Source of the DNA: Lingula anatina | Lineage: Eukaryota > Animalia > Brachiopoda | Assembly: GCA_051362555.1 (NCBI GenBank) | Contig: CM120643.1 | Coordinates: forward strand, 26,664,848 to 26,728,847 | Direction of reading: 5' to 3' | Length of the DNA stretch: 64,000 bases | Part shown: positions 23,239 to 48,547 of the stretch, piece after piece | Layout of the letters: the number at the start of each line of letters is the position of its first letter | Position numbering within the stretch: the first letter of the stretch is position 1 | The notes under the pieces: model-generated | Seen by the model: the letters and a program-made list of their open reading frames with translations, nothing else | Database searches by the model: none | What the model was told of the DNA's origin: nothing | Translations under genes and position numbers: made by a program

Positions 23239-26200
23239 AGTTTTCTATATTTTGCTTAAAGTTAAATACCAAAATACATCCATATTTTATCTTGGCTAGA
23301 CACTTGATTGACTAGGAAAAGACGATGTGAAATTGATTCTTGCTCGAAGCTCCGAGGTTTTCTTCAAACAACGGTGCAATGACATTAGGTTAATGTTTTT
23401 CACCCGTGAATATAGTAGGGGGAATATAGATACCACTAGGGTAAATGAATAGGCCCAACGTTCGTTTCCGATTGTGACTTCGTGGAAACAAATTAAGCAC
23501 TGTGTCTTCTGTCTCCCTAGGTAGACAGGATTTAATTGTTTTTTTGAAGTGATGCAGGATCCACATGCACATAGCCTACAGTGACGTAACCTTCACTGTT
23601 CCTGTTATAGCCTGCTAAATAATCTACTGTTTCACCAAGTCGAACATAACACTTCACGAAGGCAGTTAAGAACATTTACCAACGAAGAATCATGTTGATT
23701 CACCGTATAGATCTTGATAAAAATAGAAGTACTGTATATATTGTATTTGACAACTATAATGTAGATCTTTCAAGGTGCATCAATATATATACTTCCAACG
23801 AAGAATCAAAACGGGAACTGCATCTCAATGCTGAAATCCCGAACATCATTATTAGTTGAGAGCACGCAGAATACTAGCTCACCAAGTTGCGTTTCACAAA
23901 GAGTCTTCAAGGATTTTACGTTTCTCAGTCCCAAAAATAAGCCCGAAAATTATAAAAAAATAGCTTTCTTTACTGAGAGTGCGAGGCAGGTTAAAGATTC
24001 AACGCCCATTAAACTAAACAACGAGGGTTAATACATCAAATATGACTTCTATAGCATATAATATTTGGCGTGGGTATAATTGATTCTTCGAGCTACTTTT
24101 CATTTTTTTTATCGGACATTTCATTTAAATACCGTGGTGCATATGTTTTACTCGTTGACCGCCAGAGGGCAGTCCAACGTTATCTCCCAAGACAGTATAG
24201 TTGATGATAAAAATCGATAGATATCAACATACCACCTAATCTCGATGGAAAAGGTTAACAACCAAGCAATAACAATCTTGATAATAAAGGCAATGTTTTG
24301 CCTAGTCAGCACTTTCTGTACACCATCGATGTTATCGTGGCGTGTCTGCTATCGGAACCAGTCTCGTCGTAAGTAATTGATCAAGACGAGCCCCTGGACC
24401 AATAAAGCTAATGGCTTTCTGATTTCGAATGGCCAAGATACCTCCCTCCCCCAACACACACACACACACACAAAAAAAGAACTTTTTTGTCAGGCAGTTT
24501 GCTCAGATTGAGCTGTCATTTCATCCAAAGATCAATATATATTTTTCAACTTATCTGCATGTTTTCTGAATAAACATAAACATAATTGACGCCAAGGCAG
24601 CGGTATTTCACTCCTTTGTTTTACTTAAGGTAAAACTCCCTGGCTCCGTCAACGATCCCTGATCATAAATAATGATTTGAAGAAGCCTGTATCTATAACC
24701 CAGTGTGGGTTCATCCCGTGTCTCCATCTTGATTGAAGCAATGCCCAAAAAACTTAAATACAGCAAAGCATTTTTTTCTTGAAAATCAGCAATGTTGCCC
24801 TTACCACCAAAGTAACCTCTATCCAACACCGCTGAGACAATTAAAAACCGATTTTTGAACTCTTAATGTCCCATTTCTCCCGCCACGAGCGAAAGTCCCC
24901 AGTCCACTTCTCCACTAGGAGAGTATCCCGTAGTTAAGAAACCCAGAATAAAAAGGGTTGATAGATCGTACATTTCTCAACGGTCTTGGATATAATATGC
25001 CTTGGTGATTAAGAGAAACGTATTGAAATTTCCAAGAAAATAAAATGAGCGATAAATGGGAAATTGCGTTTCCAAGAAATTTCATTTTTGCTGCTCAGAG
25101 GTCTAACGATCATTGTGGGTCTTTAATATATTGGCAATGCATTATCTCTGTTCAGGGGCATTAACTTTTTATCCGTTTAGTCATTCCCATTAGCCTGTCC
25201 TACAGAATATTAAACCACCCTCTATTTTCTTCTCAAAAATCATTTTCATATAGAAAGGATGACACCCGTCAGTTTCAATCTATGCATTAATCGATTTGAG
25301 CATTGGTACCACGTGTCATTTGAAATTGAAGATTGGTAACGGGTCATTCTCCTCACCGCGAAGGAAGGATGCTAGACTTTTCAGCATTCAAATGGCAATA
25401 ATAATGGTATGCCAAGGTATTTTTATGATACATGTTACGATTGTTGGATGTCTGTGCCATTATTGATACCACTGTATTTTTGCGTTACAAAAAGTAATTA
25501 AAGAAGTTAATTTTAAAAAGTTAATTGAGCAAATGAATCATTGTAGACTTATTTTATCTAAATCTCTACTCATGCCAAAAAATTTCAAGAGATCATAAAA
25601 GAAGTATTTTGCATTTAACGAGGAATAGATTCAGTAGTGTGATGGATTTTTTTTTTCATTTGTGTGGACAATGATACTCCCTAAGCATGAGATTAAACAT
25701 TTTCTGGACCGAGGAGGAGGAAAAGCCTCTGATCGCTACTTGCTATATCACCGTCTCTCTGCATAACGCAAGTTTTGTTGCAGATAACCATAAACTACTT
25801 GATTTACATATAAAAAGCCGGATTCAAGATAGCACACTGTGACGTATTATTTCAACGTTGATGAACCTTTTCTTTCAGGTATCCTGATGATAAGATTTCG
25901 ATACATTCGGCGTGGCCTCTGTGTAGGCACATCGGTCTGGGCATTGCTCTTTAAATCTGTGCTGAGCGTTCCGTGTCACACAATAATCTGTCTGGCAATG
26001 TCTGTTTTTTTTTTTCGCGCCATTCTGGCACAGATTAACAATGTTGTAAAACACTGCTTAGCTCATTTTAAGCACTGCAAAACCGACCGCTTGCACGCAA
26101 AATTTCAAATTCTTCTATGCAGTAGCTGTCGACATATGGATACTTTTTTGTCGAAGCCAGTCGAAAGGAGCACTACCTAATTAAATCACTACATATTACG

Positions 26201-28810
26201 CAATAAAGCAGTGCTACAGTCATGGTAGTAAGTTAATTGGTAGCACACCTGACTGCACACTTCTCCATTCACATATCTTACGTGAGATCTGAGTTTTTTG
26301 AAAAAAGAACGCATTTTTACCTATGCATACCTTTAAAGGCAAAATATTCCATATTAAATTTTAAGTCTGTTCCTAGAAAATTTACTTGGAATACATTTGA
26401 ATACAAAATTTCAAATGAACGGATAAGTAAACGTTGACATATATTGGGGCATTGGGGATCTCTTTCTAGGCGAAATTCGCACAAGTAATTTTTCGCATAT
26501 CGTAAGGGTGATTATAGTTATAAAACAGATATCTTAAAATCAAAGACAAAAGCACGAGAACCACGTAAAGGAATATACGTACATGAGCCCTCTTCAGCTG
26601 ATGGATAATATATTTCCACTGCAGCGTTTTTCACATGAAGTCCTAATTGGTTTCTATGTAGATGGGCAGATGCAATCCTATTACATCGTTAACTGCAGTC
26701 ATCCTTTGTGGTAAAAGCAAGGCGATTGTTAATGTCACGAATATATATATTGTCTCATAAATTCTGTCAAATAATCGCTGCTAAACGTGACAGGATATGA
26801 CAACCCGTTGGCTTAAATGTTAATTTTGATCCAGGCGGCGTCTCTTCTCTCTGCAGATTCCTAGTAAACTGTTTGGGAGCCCTGACTGCGCTAATGACAA
26901 CGCGACCCACGTTTGATAGTGTTATAAATGTACGGAGGGCACCGTCACGTGCTGGCGCATGAAAAATTACCAAACCACATCGAGCAGATCATATCACAGC
27001 TAGCTTTAAGATTCTATTTGAAGTGGCGTGTGTTCTTTGATCTAGGTTTTAGCAAAAGTCATAGTTCATTAAAGATTCCGTCTGTCGGGTTTTAAAATGA
27101 ATACAATGCAGTTTGGAACTGCCCATCGTCAAAAAAATCTTAAAATGTGTACACTTGGATTCAATAATTGTACATTCAGGTTTTAAACACCTATGGTAGA
27201 ACATATCTTGACCGGGGCCACAGGAACATTTGAACACGACATGCACAGACATTTCTATGGCTCTTTATTACCTGTTCTCCCGCGAGAATATTTTGCACGA
27301 CTGCAAATTCACTCAGTCTCTTTATGTGGCATTGAGAAATTAATTTTAACGGTACCAGTGAAAGTCTCAATGGAGACAGGGACTATTGGATTTCATTCTT
27401 GACAGTTCCCGGAGCTGAACGATTTTGGATAGGGGAAACCTCGCAGAAAACAAAATTGTTGAAATTTTAATAAAAATTTCTTCGTATTTCCTGGTATATA
27501 AATTAAAAACGCATTAAACGCATTGTCTTAAAATGAGGATGAAAACCCCTTCCTTAATCATTGCAGATGTAAAAATCTCTTTCTCTCGGGTAATCACGCA
27601 GAAGTGTCACTACAATCGCCTTGGGAAATTCAATAAATTGCTTGAACCAGTACACACGTACTGGAAAACGTTTGGCATTCGACAGAAACATTAATCGGAA
27701 TAAATCCCTATTATAATTATAATAATAATAATAATAATAATTATTATTATTAATTTATTGAATTATTCATTCATTTGTTTAAAACTCTATTTTTATTGTG
27801 TACTCGCCCAGTCTTGTGACCCCCCAAAATAAATAAATAAATAAATAAATAAATAAATAGATAAATAAATAAATAAATATCCAGAAAAAACATGCATTGG
27901 GCGACTCGCTGAGCATCAAATTAGCAGTGAAATGGTTTCGTAGAAAATGGACCTCATCTCCCCGGATGAAGGAAACACTTCTCGTGGGATATAATTAGCG
28001 TGGATAATTGATGTTTATTTCTTCCTGAAACTACTTATTCGTGTATCCTTTTTTCGTTTTGATTCAATTTCATTTCGTTTCATTTGTTTATTTAGTTATC
28101 TTATTTATTGATTTATTTAAGATTTCGGGTTTGTATAGCAAAAGTATAAACAAGGATTGTGGTGGAAAAGCAGGGAATCAGTACCGATTCCCGGAATGAT
28201 CCTTCCTCAACTCAAATAAATTAAAGGAGCGGGTTGCCAATAGTGCACTATAGAGTGGACTAGAGCGGTAGATAGATATTTAATAGTTGATGTGCATATT
28301 ATATTCACTTCTAGGACTTAAATCAAAATGTAGGCTTTGAAAAAAATACTTTATATGTAATTTTGTCTGGTTTGGAGCCTAATGTTGTGATAGTAAGTGA
28401 CTACTTATTCTTGCCATTATAACAGCGTTTTTTTTGTATTTATCCACAATAAAATAACATGAAGTGTGTCTCAATAGGCTTAAGTTCCATAACAGAACCT
28501 GAGGAAGAAATGGTATCGGCTTGCAAATTTTAGATGATATGGAAGAAAATAAAAACATCGACTCTGGTTGGGCCGCAGGTAAAAACGAAAATAAAATGTT
28601 AATTTTATTTACTGCATTCATGTATACGTATTACTACACACATTGAACTCGCTATTATACTTAGTCTTCCGGAATGGTTTTTCAGCTTAGGCCGTTTGGA
28701 CTTTATTCATCCCTCATATTTCTACAAACTTGGAACTAGTAATTAATTAGTTTCACTTTAATTGTCTGATGTGCAACACATTATAAAGAAGAAGAGCGTT
28801 CGTTCCGTTC

Positions 28811-31800
28811 TTATCCCAAGGCTGGTGGCACTTGCGGAGTGTTCACCTTAGGCGTCTGAACCACGTCTGGAAATAAATAAATAAACACAGTCAAATAAAA
28901 GAAAATCTAATCAAACTGGGACATAAAGACAAAATAGATTTATTAACTTCAGATTGTGACATTTTTAATGTGTTAGTTGAGAGTATTGCTCTCTCTCTCT
29001 CTCTCTCTCTCTCTCTGGCGTGCGCGCGTCAATGTACTCAACACTCATCCTAACACTTCCGGTCGTGGCATTGAGCGCATTAAGACCGAATTAAGCCAGG
29101 CTTTACAAAGCCGGTGACCTAAAAATGGCGGACGTACATGAAAGAAAAACCGCCTAATCTTTTAATAGTCTCTCCGCCTCTCACACGCCTCCCCACACGT
29201 CGTCCCTGCGGGGTACAGTAATTAAATCTCGGCTCCGAACATTAATATTTCCGTGAATATCTCTGGTGATATTATCTCCGTAGATAGTCGATTCATCGCT
29301 GCTCTACGGGCCAAATTATTCCTTTTTCGTCTCTGTTTTCAAAGATAATAGAACAGAAGAGCTTTTTTCCTTCGATCGCCTTCAGCCGCCATGCTTTCTT
29401 CACCACGAGTTTAACTGATGAGCATGCGCACTTAATATTTCTCAGGTAGCTTCCGCATGGCGAACGGAGACGCGATTTAAATACTGTACCCCGCAGGGAC
29501 GACGTGTGGGGAGGCGGAGAGACTATTAAAAGATTAGGCGGTTTTTCTTTCATGTACGTCCGCCATTTTTAGGTCACCGGCTTTGTAAAGCCTGGCTTAA
29601 TTCGTTGAGAATGCGCTCATTGTCTTTAATGCGTTAGTTGAGACAGTGTTGTCCTCTATGTATATATAATGGCGTGCTAAACAGAATGCTGGTTGTGACA
29701 TTACTCAATAAAGTATGAGAACATGGATTTATTTTGCAGCTTGTTGGGCGAGTTTGATACATAAGTGTGTGTGTGTGTGTGGGGGGGGGGGGGGGGCGTC
29801 TCGATAGTCCGAAGGTTCATTGGTCTGAAAAATGGTAATATTTTCATCGTTTTTTTAATCAAGGGTTCATTGGTCCGAAGGTCTATAGTGAACATTCGGA
29901 CCAATGAACCTTCGGACTATTGCTTCGGACTATGGCACACCTACTTACCACACCAGCCGCAGTATCTGGCACAGTTTGTCTTGCCCCACTCCTCAAAGCC
30001 GCCCTGACACGCAGACTTGCCGTACAGACCACAGTTCGAGACCTTGTTACTGCAGAACGCATCCATCATCGATGCTACGAATAGAATTTCATACATATAT
30101 GAAACATGCTAATATGCACAAAACGTTTTACTGGACTTATCTATTGGGTCTTATCCTCACTTAAAATCCGCTTTTTATTTCTTGAGATGCGTGATACGGT
30201 CATGAAGCACTGCATTCCCGTGACTCGTGAATGTGTTTTTTTATTCTTTACCCATTTAAAAAAATTTCGACGCGCATTACCAGTGAAATACATGTATGCA
30301 TAAACTTTTATTTAATTTGACTTGTGAACTGAGGATTTTATTTCCGGTGATTTCAGATCACTACCCCCCATCGGACCCTCTTTTAAAATAACTTATATTT
30401 CAATTACTATGTTGACGACAATGGCTGTCACGTCAATATAACGTATGTATTCTGTGTATGCCCGCAAATATAAGACGGTAAAACCAGTCATCTTGACGTC
30501 ATCACGTGGTAGCCACGTGTCTACCACGTGACACACACGTGGTCCCATGGGTTGCCCATACTCACAATGGCAGTTCCCCCACTTGGTGTCCTTGTCGTAG
30601 CTCCCCGTGGTGGCACACCAGGGCTGATTGTTCCCCGTCAGGACGCACGTGGTCACGTTCTCTCCGTTGTAAATGTACGGGAACAAACACGGAGCTCCCT
30701 TAGAGTTCCCGCCAGTGGTCGCTAGAAATACATGTGTATTTGTTTTTTTTTTTATATATTAACATTTTATTAACATTTCTTTTATCATTTTTGTCGAGCA
30801 CAAGCACAGGCGCAATTGTCCCTTTAATTAATTTTTCATTCAGAAATACAAAGCGATCGTAGCAAGGTGGACATCTATTTGTGCCCAATTTTGACAATTC
30901 TGGAAATATTAATCCTTGAAAATGCTTGGTGTATAAAATGCAAGCGGTAGCCACAAAAAAGTGTTGTAAAAACCAAGTAGTACAATCGCACTATACGGTA
31001 AAAAGGGTATATAATGTAGAGATTATGGTGTGCTTAAGACAGGTACTTGAGACGAACAAACAACTTATAAAATAAGGTATACAACAGTACAAAAGACTGT
31101 AGTGAAAAGAAAAAATAGCTTAAAAAAGGAATACGTACGGCAATAGCCGCAGAATCTGGCACAGTTGGTCTTGGCCCAGGAAGTGTACTGGCCGTAGCAC
31201 GCATATCTGGTGAAACTGGGACAGTCGTCTCTGATGTCTTTACATGGTGGCTCATTGGGAACTTGGGAAATAATAAGTTGATGAAGATTATAAGACATCC
31301 AGTTGGTCTAATAAAGCACTGTACATGCATGCATTTTTACACTGAGAAGGATGTACAGCCGAATCTGATAGGCACGCACGTGGCCTGGTTACGCCGTTGC
31401 CGTTTCATATTGGCATGGAATTTATTGCCAGAGATTGGTGTTCAAAAGGACTAGGAACCATTTTCATATTTGGGTATACCATAACGCCTGTGTGACTTTA
31501 TTATAATAATTTAATCGTACTGAATATATAAGATTACGCTATTAAATAATAAAATTACAATATTAAAACTTGGAAAATGATGCAAATTACGTCTTGCATA
31601 TTTTAAGCGACAGAAAATAGCCTTGATGTTTTCAAGTGGCATTCAAACCTTCTGAGACAAAAGCTTACCGACAACCGCCGGAGGAACAAAGTTATCCTTA
31701 ACCCCCGAGGACTGTCCTGCACCTGACGGGTTCCCGCCATTGCCTGTGCTGCCTCCTGCCGGGACGACCTAATAATGCAAGTTGACGATATTGGTTTCAT

Positions 31801-33251
31801 AATTTGAAAGTTTCCCTGTTGCACCATGCCTAAATGCTTTTTCAAAGGGGAATTTATTTTCTAAAGTTCAGTTTTTACTTAGATGATATTTGACACAAGG
31901 TTAATATTCCCAATATCAGAAAGAAGGCAAAAATTTGGCGAAAAACGGGTTCTTGTGTATGAATCTCAAACAATACAAAAGAAGAAAATAAAAGGTTTAT
32001 AGATAGGGAATTATATCATGAAAGCCTCTTAAAGATTACATTACAAAAAACCAAATATTTCACGGAAAACCATATTTTATGTACAGCGAATTAAAGGAAC
32101 TAGCTCACAATACCCCTCACCTGCACGCCTGTCCCTGAAGCTCCTGTACAACTGAGCTCCTTACAACACTTGTTGGGGACACTGACCAGCTGACAATGTG
32201 ACGGGATACTGGTGTACGTGGGACATCTAAAATTATATACAATGTAGAGGGTAGCGTGATATGTCGCTTAGACATTGCAGTGTTTTTTACTTACCCACAT
32301 TTAGTGATTGTTAATTGGTAATTTTAGTGAAATGAAAACCAATTTGTAGTATTCTTTTTAGATACTGTAACGTTTGCAAAACGAATGGTTGAATGAGAAA
32401 ATTAAGATGGAAATATCGCCCCTCCAATCAAAAAATGAGAACAAAAATGATTCTTTTGGACCTTACGTATGAACAAGATAAAAAATGTCTGCGAAAATAA
32501 TGGTTTCGTTTCATTTCATTTTGAAATGTACCTGTACTGTATATCACTAATTCAAAAACTCAAAAACAATGGTCTTTTCCTTCAAAGAAGCGCCCCCTGG
32601 CGTGACTTACTTGCTCCTGCACTGCACAAAGCTGTTGGTGCTGTCCACACACTTACAGCGGTAGTCACAGCCGTCGTCCCACTCTTCGTCCTGGTCGTAC
32701 GCCTTGTTCTTGTACGTACACTTGCCTGGGACGATGCACATAGACGTATATTGTAAAGTGTGTTTGAAAGAAGTTGAAAATGAAATGCAGAAATCCATAG
32801 AACTCCTGGAACTGTACTTAACAAAAACTGCAAATGGGGCTTTTGCAATGCTGTGACTTGAAGACAATAAGGTTATGGCTCAATACCTGTGTGTGTGTTA
32901 GAGAATGCAGATCACCTGCTAAATGAATGATATCCGATTGACAACCCCCTCCCTATTGTTAACCACAGAAGTGATAAAACTCATCAAAAATGACTGTAAA
33001 CCACCACAAATTATCATTTTATACATTTTGAGGTCCCAGAAAGTAAAGTGACGTTTGTCTTCAACGTACCCATCCAGTCACATTTAGGACGCGGACAACA
33101 TTCCCCGGCTGTGACCTCCATCTTGCAGCCTTCTGGCAGGTGGGTGAACTTTTGACATCTAATTAGGCAATTAAATTTTGACGCTTGCTTATTCAATAAA
33201 CATGTTCTTATACCCAATGACAAATCACATACAACATATCGCAGTTTTACA

Positions 33252-33292
<41 letters not shown>

Positions 33293-33963
33293 CAAAATAC
33301 TGCACATGTTGAAATCGTTTGAAAAATATCATGATGAGTAACTCAATGCGTATGGCGGATTTTAATACCCAATTTATGACACAAAACAAACAAATAATGT
33401 AAAAGTGGCATATAAATTGGAATTCGAAAGGCTAGATGGGAACGAAGAGGACAGTATAATGGAGAATGGACAGTTGCAACAGTGTTAATTACAGAAATCA
33501 TTGCTAAATATAAAAGTCAAGGAGGTTACCCACTTATCAAAGCAGAAACTGGCGTTGAGAGCTGCCGAGGAACAGTAACATGTGAGACCACACCCATCTG
33601 CAACCCATTGTTCCCCCTGCACGTATTCCCGACCTCCGTACGTACACTTCTCAGTGTCAGTGGCTATAAAAGACAATATTCAGACTGTGGCAGAACAAGT
33701 TTTTTTTATTGCCAAGTGCATAGTAACACACATGACTACACATGGCAAAGGCGCGTACAGACGACTGGTTCAGCAAGCTCATAGTTGTCACAGAAAAACA
33801 TCAACCTACATTTACAATTTACCAATAGTGCCAATGACGATTTCAATACAATTAGATGTTTTATGTTTGAAGATATCTTGAAAAGACTAAACTTACACTG
33901 AGAGTTAGCCAACATGACTCCCGCCAAGGATACCACCAGAACCAGATACCATGAAGCTGCCAT
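28811..33963 (-). CDS. Secreted cysteine-rich protein: signal peptide-VWC-VWC-Gly-rich linker-ShKT-FN2-ShKT-short Pro-rich tail (~355 aa)
   Basis: Ten GT-AG exons (-): 33963-33897, 33663-33534, 33158-33070, 32725-32611, 32226-32121, 31768-31669, 31261-31139, 30721-30566, 30074-29949, 28866-28811; 1068 nt in frame. Signal peptide MAASWYLVLVVSLAGVMLA; VWC 'W.DGC..C.C...CCP'; ShKT 'WAKTNCARFCGYC'; FN2 'GAPCLFPY...PWCATT.SYDKD.KWG.C'. Confidence 0.88.
29069..29620. mobile_element. Long-TIR MITE, same family as 53359-54132, in the last intron of the short gene
   Basis: ~170-bp inverted arms (aagccaggctttacaaagccggtgacctaaaaatggcggacgtacatgaaagaaaaaccgcc... and its reverse complement). Ends approximate. 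Confidence 0.8.
29797..29940. mobile_element. Small MITE built from ~15-bp units in opposing orientation
   Basis: ggttcattggtccgaa units on the left, ttcggaccaatgaacc / ttcggactat units on the right. Confidence 0.6.
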
Positions 33964-35067
33964 TTTGTTAGCGTCTGTCTTTAAGTAAAGGTATAAGTAA
34001 AGAAAAGTATGATTCCCTTTACTGTGAAGTGCACTCACAATATGGCACTGTATTTCTTATCAGTGGATCCCTCCTTGGTTGTAGATACACGGCTCTTCTA
34101 ACAGGTGTAGTTACTGTACCATCTCTCTCACGACACCTGCGACCTTTTGGAATCAATTGAGGCCCAAGTCGTGTCTATGAAGACAGGAGACTTTTGATAA
34201 TCTGTTATCCACTGAAGAACAGAGCAAGATCAAACTGCTTTGAAGGATCCCCAGCACCTGATTTTCTGTTTTTGTAATTTACATATGATTTCCATGCATT
34301 TAAGTTAAAGCGGGTAGTTCAAGTGAAAGTTAGGGTCGGTTTCTGTAATGTACTAAAGTGACATTATTTTTCACATATTCTACTCCAGAAAAAAAAAATA
34401 TTTTTTTTTTTTTTGGGGGGGGGGGGGGGGGGGAGATAAACCAGTTTAAGTAAATAAATTTACGCGTATACGGTCCCTTGTTTTCAGTGTTTGCTAATAT
34501 AGTTGCCCGGCTTGGCATAGTATATTTAGTCTTATGTGGCCTTGAAACTAACTTTTTCTGTCTCCGAGCGATTTGGGCGGCTTTTTTAATAGGTTGAAGG
34601 ACAGCTAAGGCGCTTATCGTTTGTCAGGTTTCTATTGCAAAGACATTTTAGATAGCTTTTTAACCTGCAACTATATTTGGCACACGTACACGTACCTATC
34701 TCCCTTAAAAAGTGTGTTAGTGACTAGGGGAAAATCTCAAATCTTTTCCCAAATTTTAACAAATCAAGATGATTTCAATCAAAAATTTTATTGGAATAAG
34801 TTAAACTTGAATTTCTCTTATTTCAAGCAAACCCCATACAAGCTTGTTAATCGTTTATCTGGAAGTCCCAAACGTTCCATGAAATTGTCAACTCCTTTCG
34901 AAGATACCTTGCTCCTAATTAACTGCGTTTTGAAAGCACCCCTCAAAAATTGAGACTGTCGGTACCATGCATTTCAAACAGCTGAGAAGATAAGGAGAGT
35001 CACGTTGTAGTTTAAACCACTACATATTTTATCTTTGCTGAAGAGAACGTCAAGGAAAGAGGCAGTC

Positions 35068-47209
<12,142 letters not shown>

Positions 47210-48547
47210 ATGGTCTCTGGTCGATCTTTGCACTCGATTTTAAGACTGTTTAAAGCTGGTGAACCATTAGCCCTATATGAATAACTTGAAGTGCTGTCAA
47301 AATTACTTATCCGTCTTTTATATAGTTATATGTACCTTTAAAAGAAAGTAGTTGTCTGGGTAATTGGTTTTGTACAAAGCCGGTGCTGACCTACTTTTGT
47401 GAGGGCAGCTTTTCGAAATACATGCTTTTAAATTTCAACTCAATAAAGTTTTTTTTTTGTTATTGACCATGCTGCATTTTGTTAATTTTTTTTTTGTATC
47501 TGTCGTTCAAACGAAAATGTCGTTATGGCAAAAATTTATAGAACATTGGAATTGCAAGAATTAAAAAAAAAAAAAAAAAAACGGTTGCGGATTTCATTTT
47601 CTATAAATATTCGTGTGTTTTTCAGTATTTTTGTTTCTGGTTTCATTTGAGATTGGTATTGCATACTTCCGATAGCTTGAATTGGATTAGGTTTGGTTCT
47701 TGTTTGATCTGACTTTTTAAAAATTTGGAACAGGTTTAAATGGGCTCCTTTCTCTTATAATTTTGTTTCATTTTAATTAGAATTAACTTCAGAATTAAAT
47801 GTTGAACAACGGGGCTGCAATAAATGCATGAAAAGAATATTCTACACGAAATTTAAAAAAATTATTGTAAGAAAGAGAAGAAATATATATGCATGCAGCG
47901 CCATTTTGATCACAGGCTACTGTTTTCAGAGCGGTATGCAATGTAGTGAAATCAAGGCATGGCGGTCTTGGCGCCTAACCAATACAAATTATGCATAGCG
48001 GTCGAATGAATAGGCAATGTTTTGAGCACGTACAATGTACACTTGCAGCAGGCTGTTAAAATACGTTTTCTGAACTTTCTTAATTTGGAAGTGGTTGAAA
48101 AAGGGACCTCCAATTTAGGGTAAATACAGATGCATTACTTTGTTAACAGTATATTTAGAGCAGGATTTTAAAAAAATGGATCCAGAGATTATATATTTCT
48201 CAAAAAACGACATTTGACTTTCATTCTTTAACGGAGCTAGCTTTTAATGGAGCGATATATACTAATGGCAGAACATGTACCCATGACCCAATGAAACATT
48301 AACACACCATGTGCGTTTTATCCTGTGAAAATCTTTGCTATAAATTTAAGTCTCTTTATTTGCACACTTTCCTGTGCTTATATATAGCCTTGGATTTCAA
48401 AATAATCTCTAATAATTACAATATTCAATGTTGATAAAGGTGCAGTCAGATTGAATTAAAGTATTAATAGATAATAGCCATGCCTGTCTGTAAATGTATG
48501 GTACATGTACCGGTATTCTTAGAAATGGATTTCTTTGATGGAACCTT

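Noticed and set aside
23300-28300. Possible hidden gene in the long intergenic stretch
   Set aside because: No recognisable domain or phase-consistent exon chain found by eye; small or non-coding exons cannot be excluded.
29797-29940. Short repeats resembling a CRISPR array
   Set aside because: No unique spacers, units switch orientation, eukaryotic intron, no cas genes.
34309-34943. Kolobok-like MITE as a firm feature
   Set aside because: The right TIR and TSD are too degenerate; kept only as a possibility.
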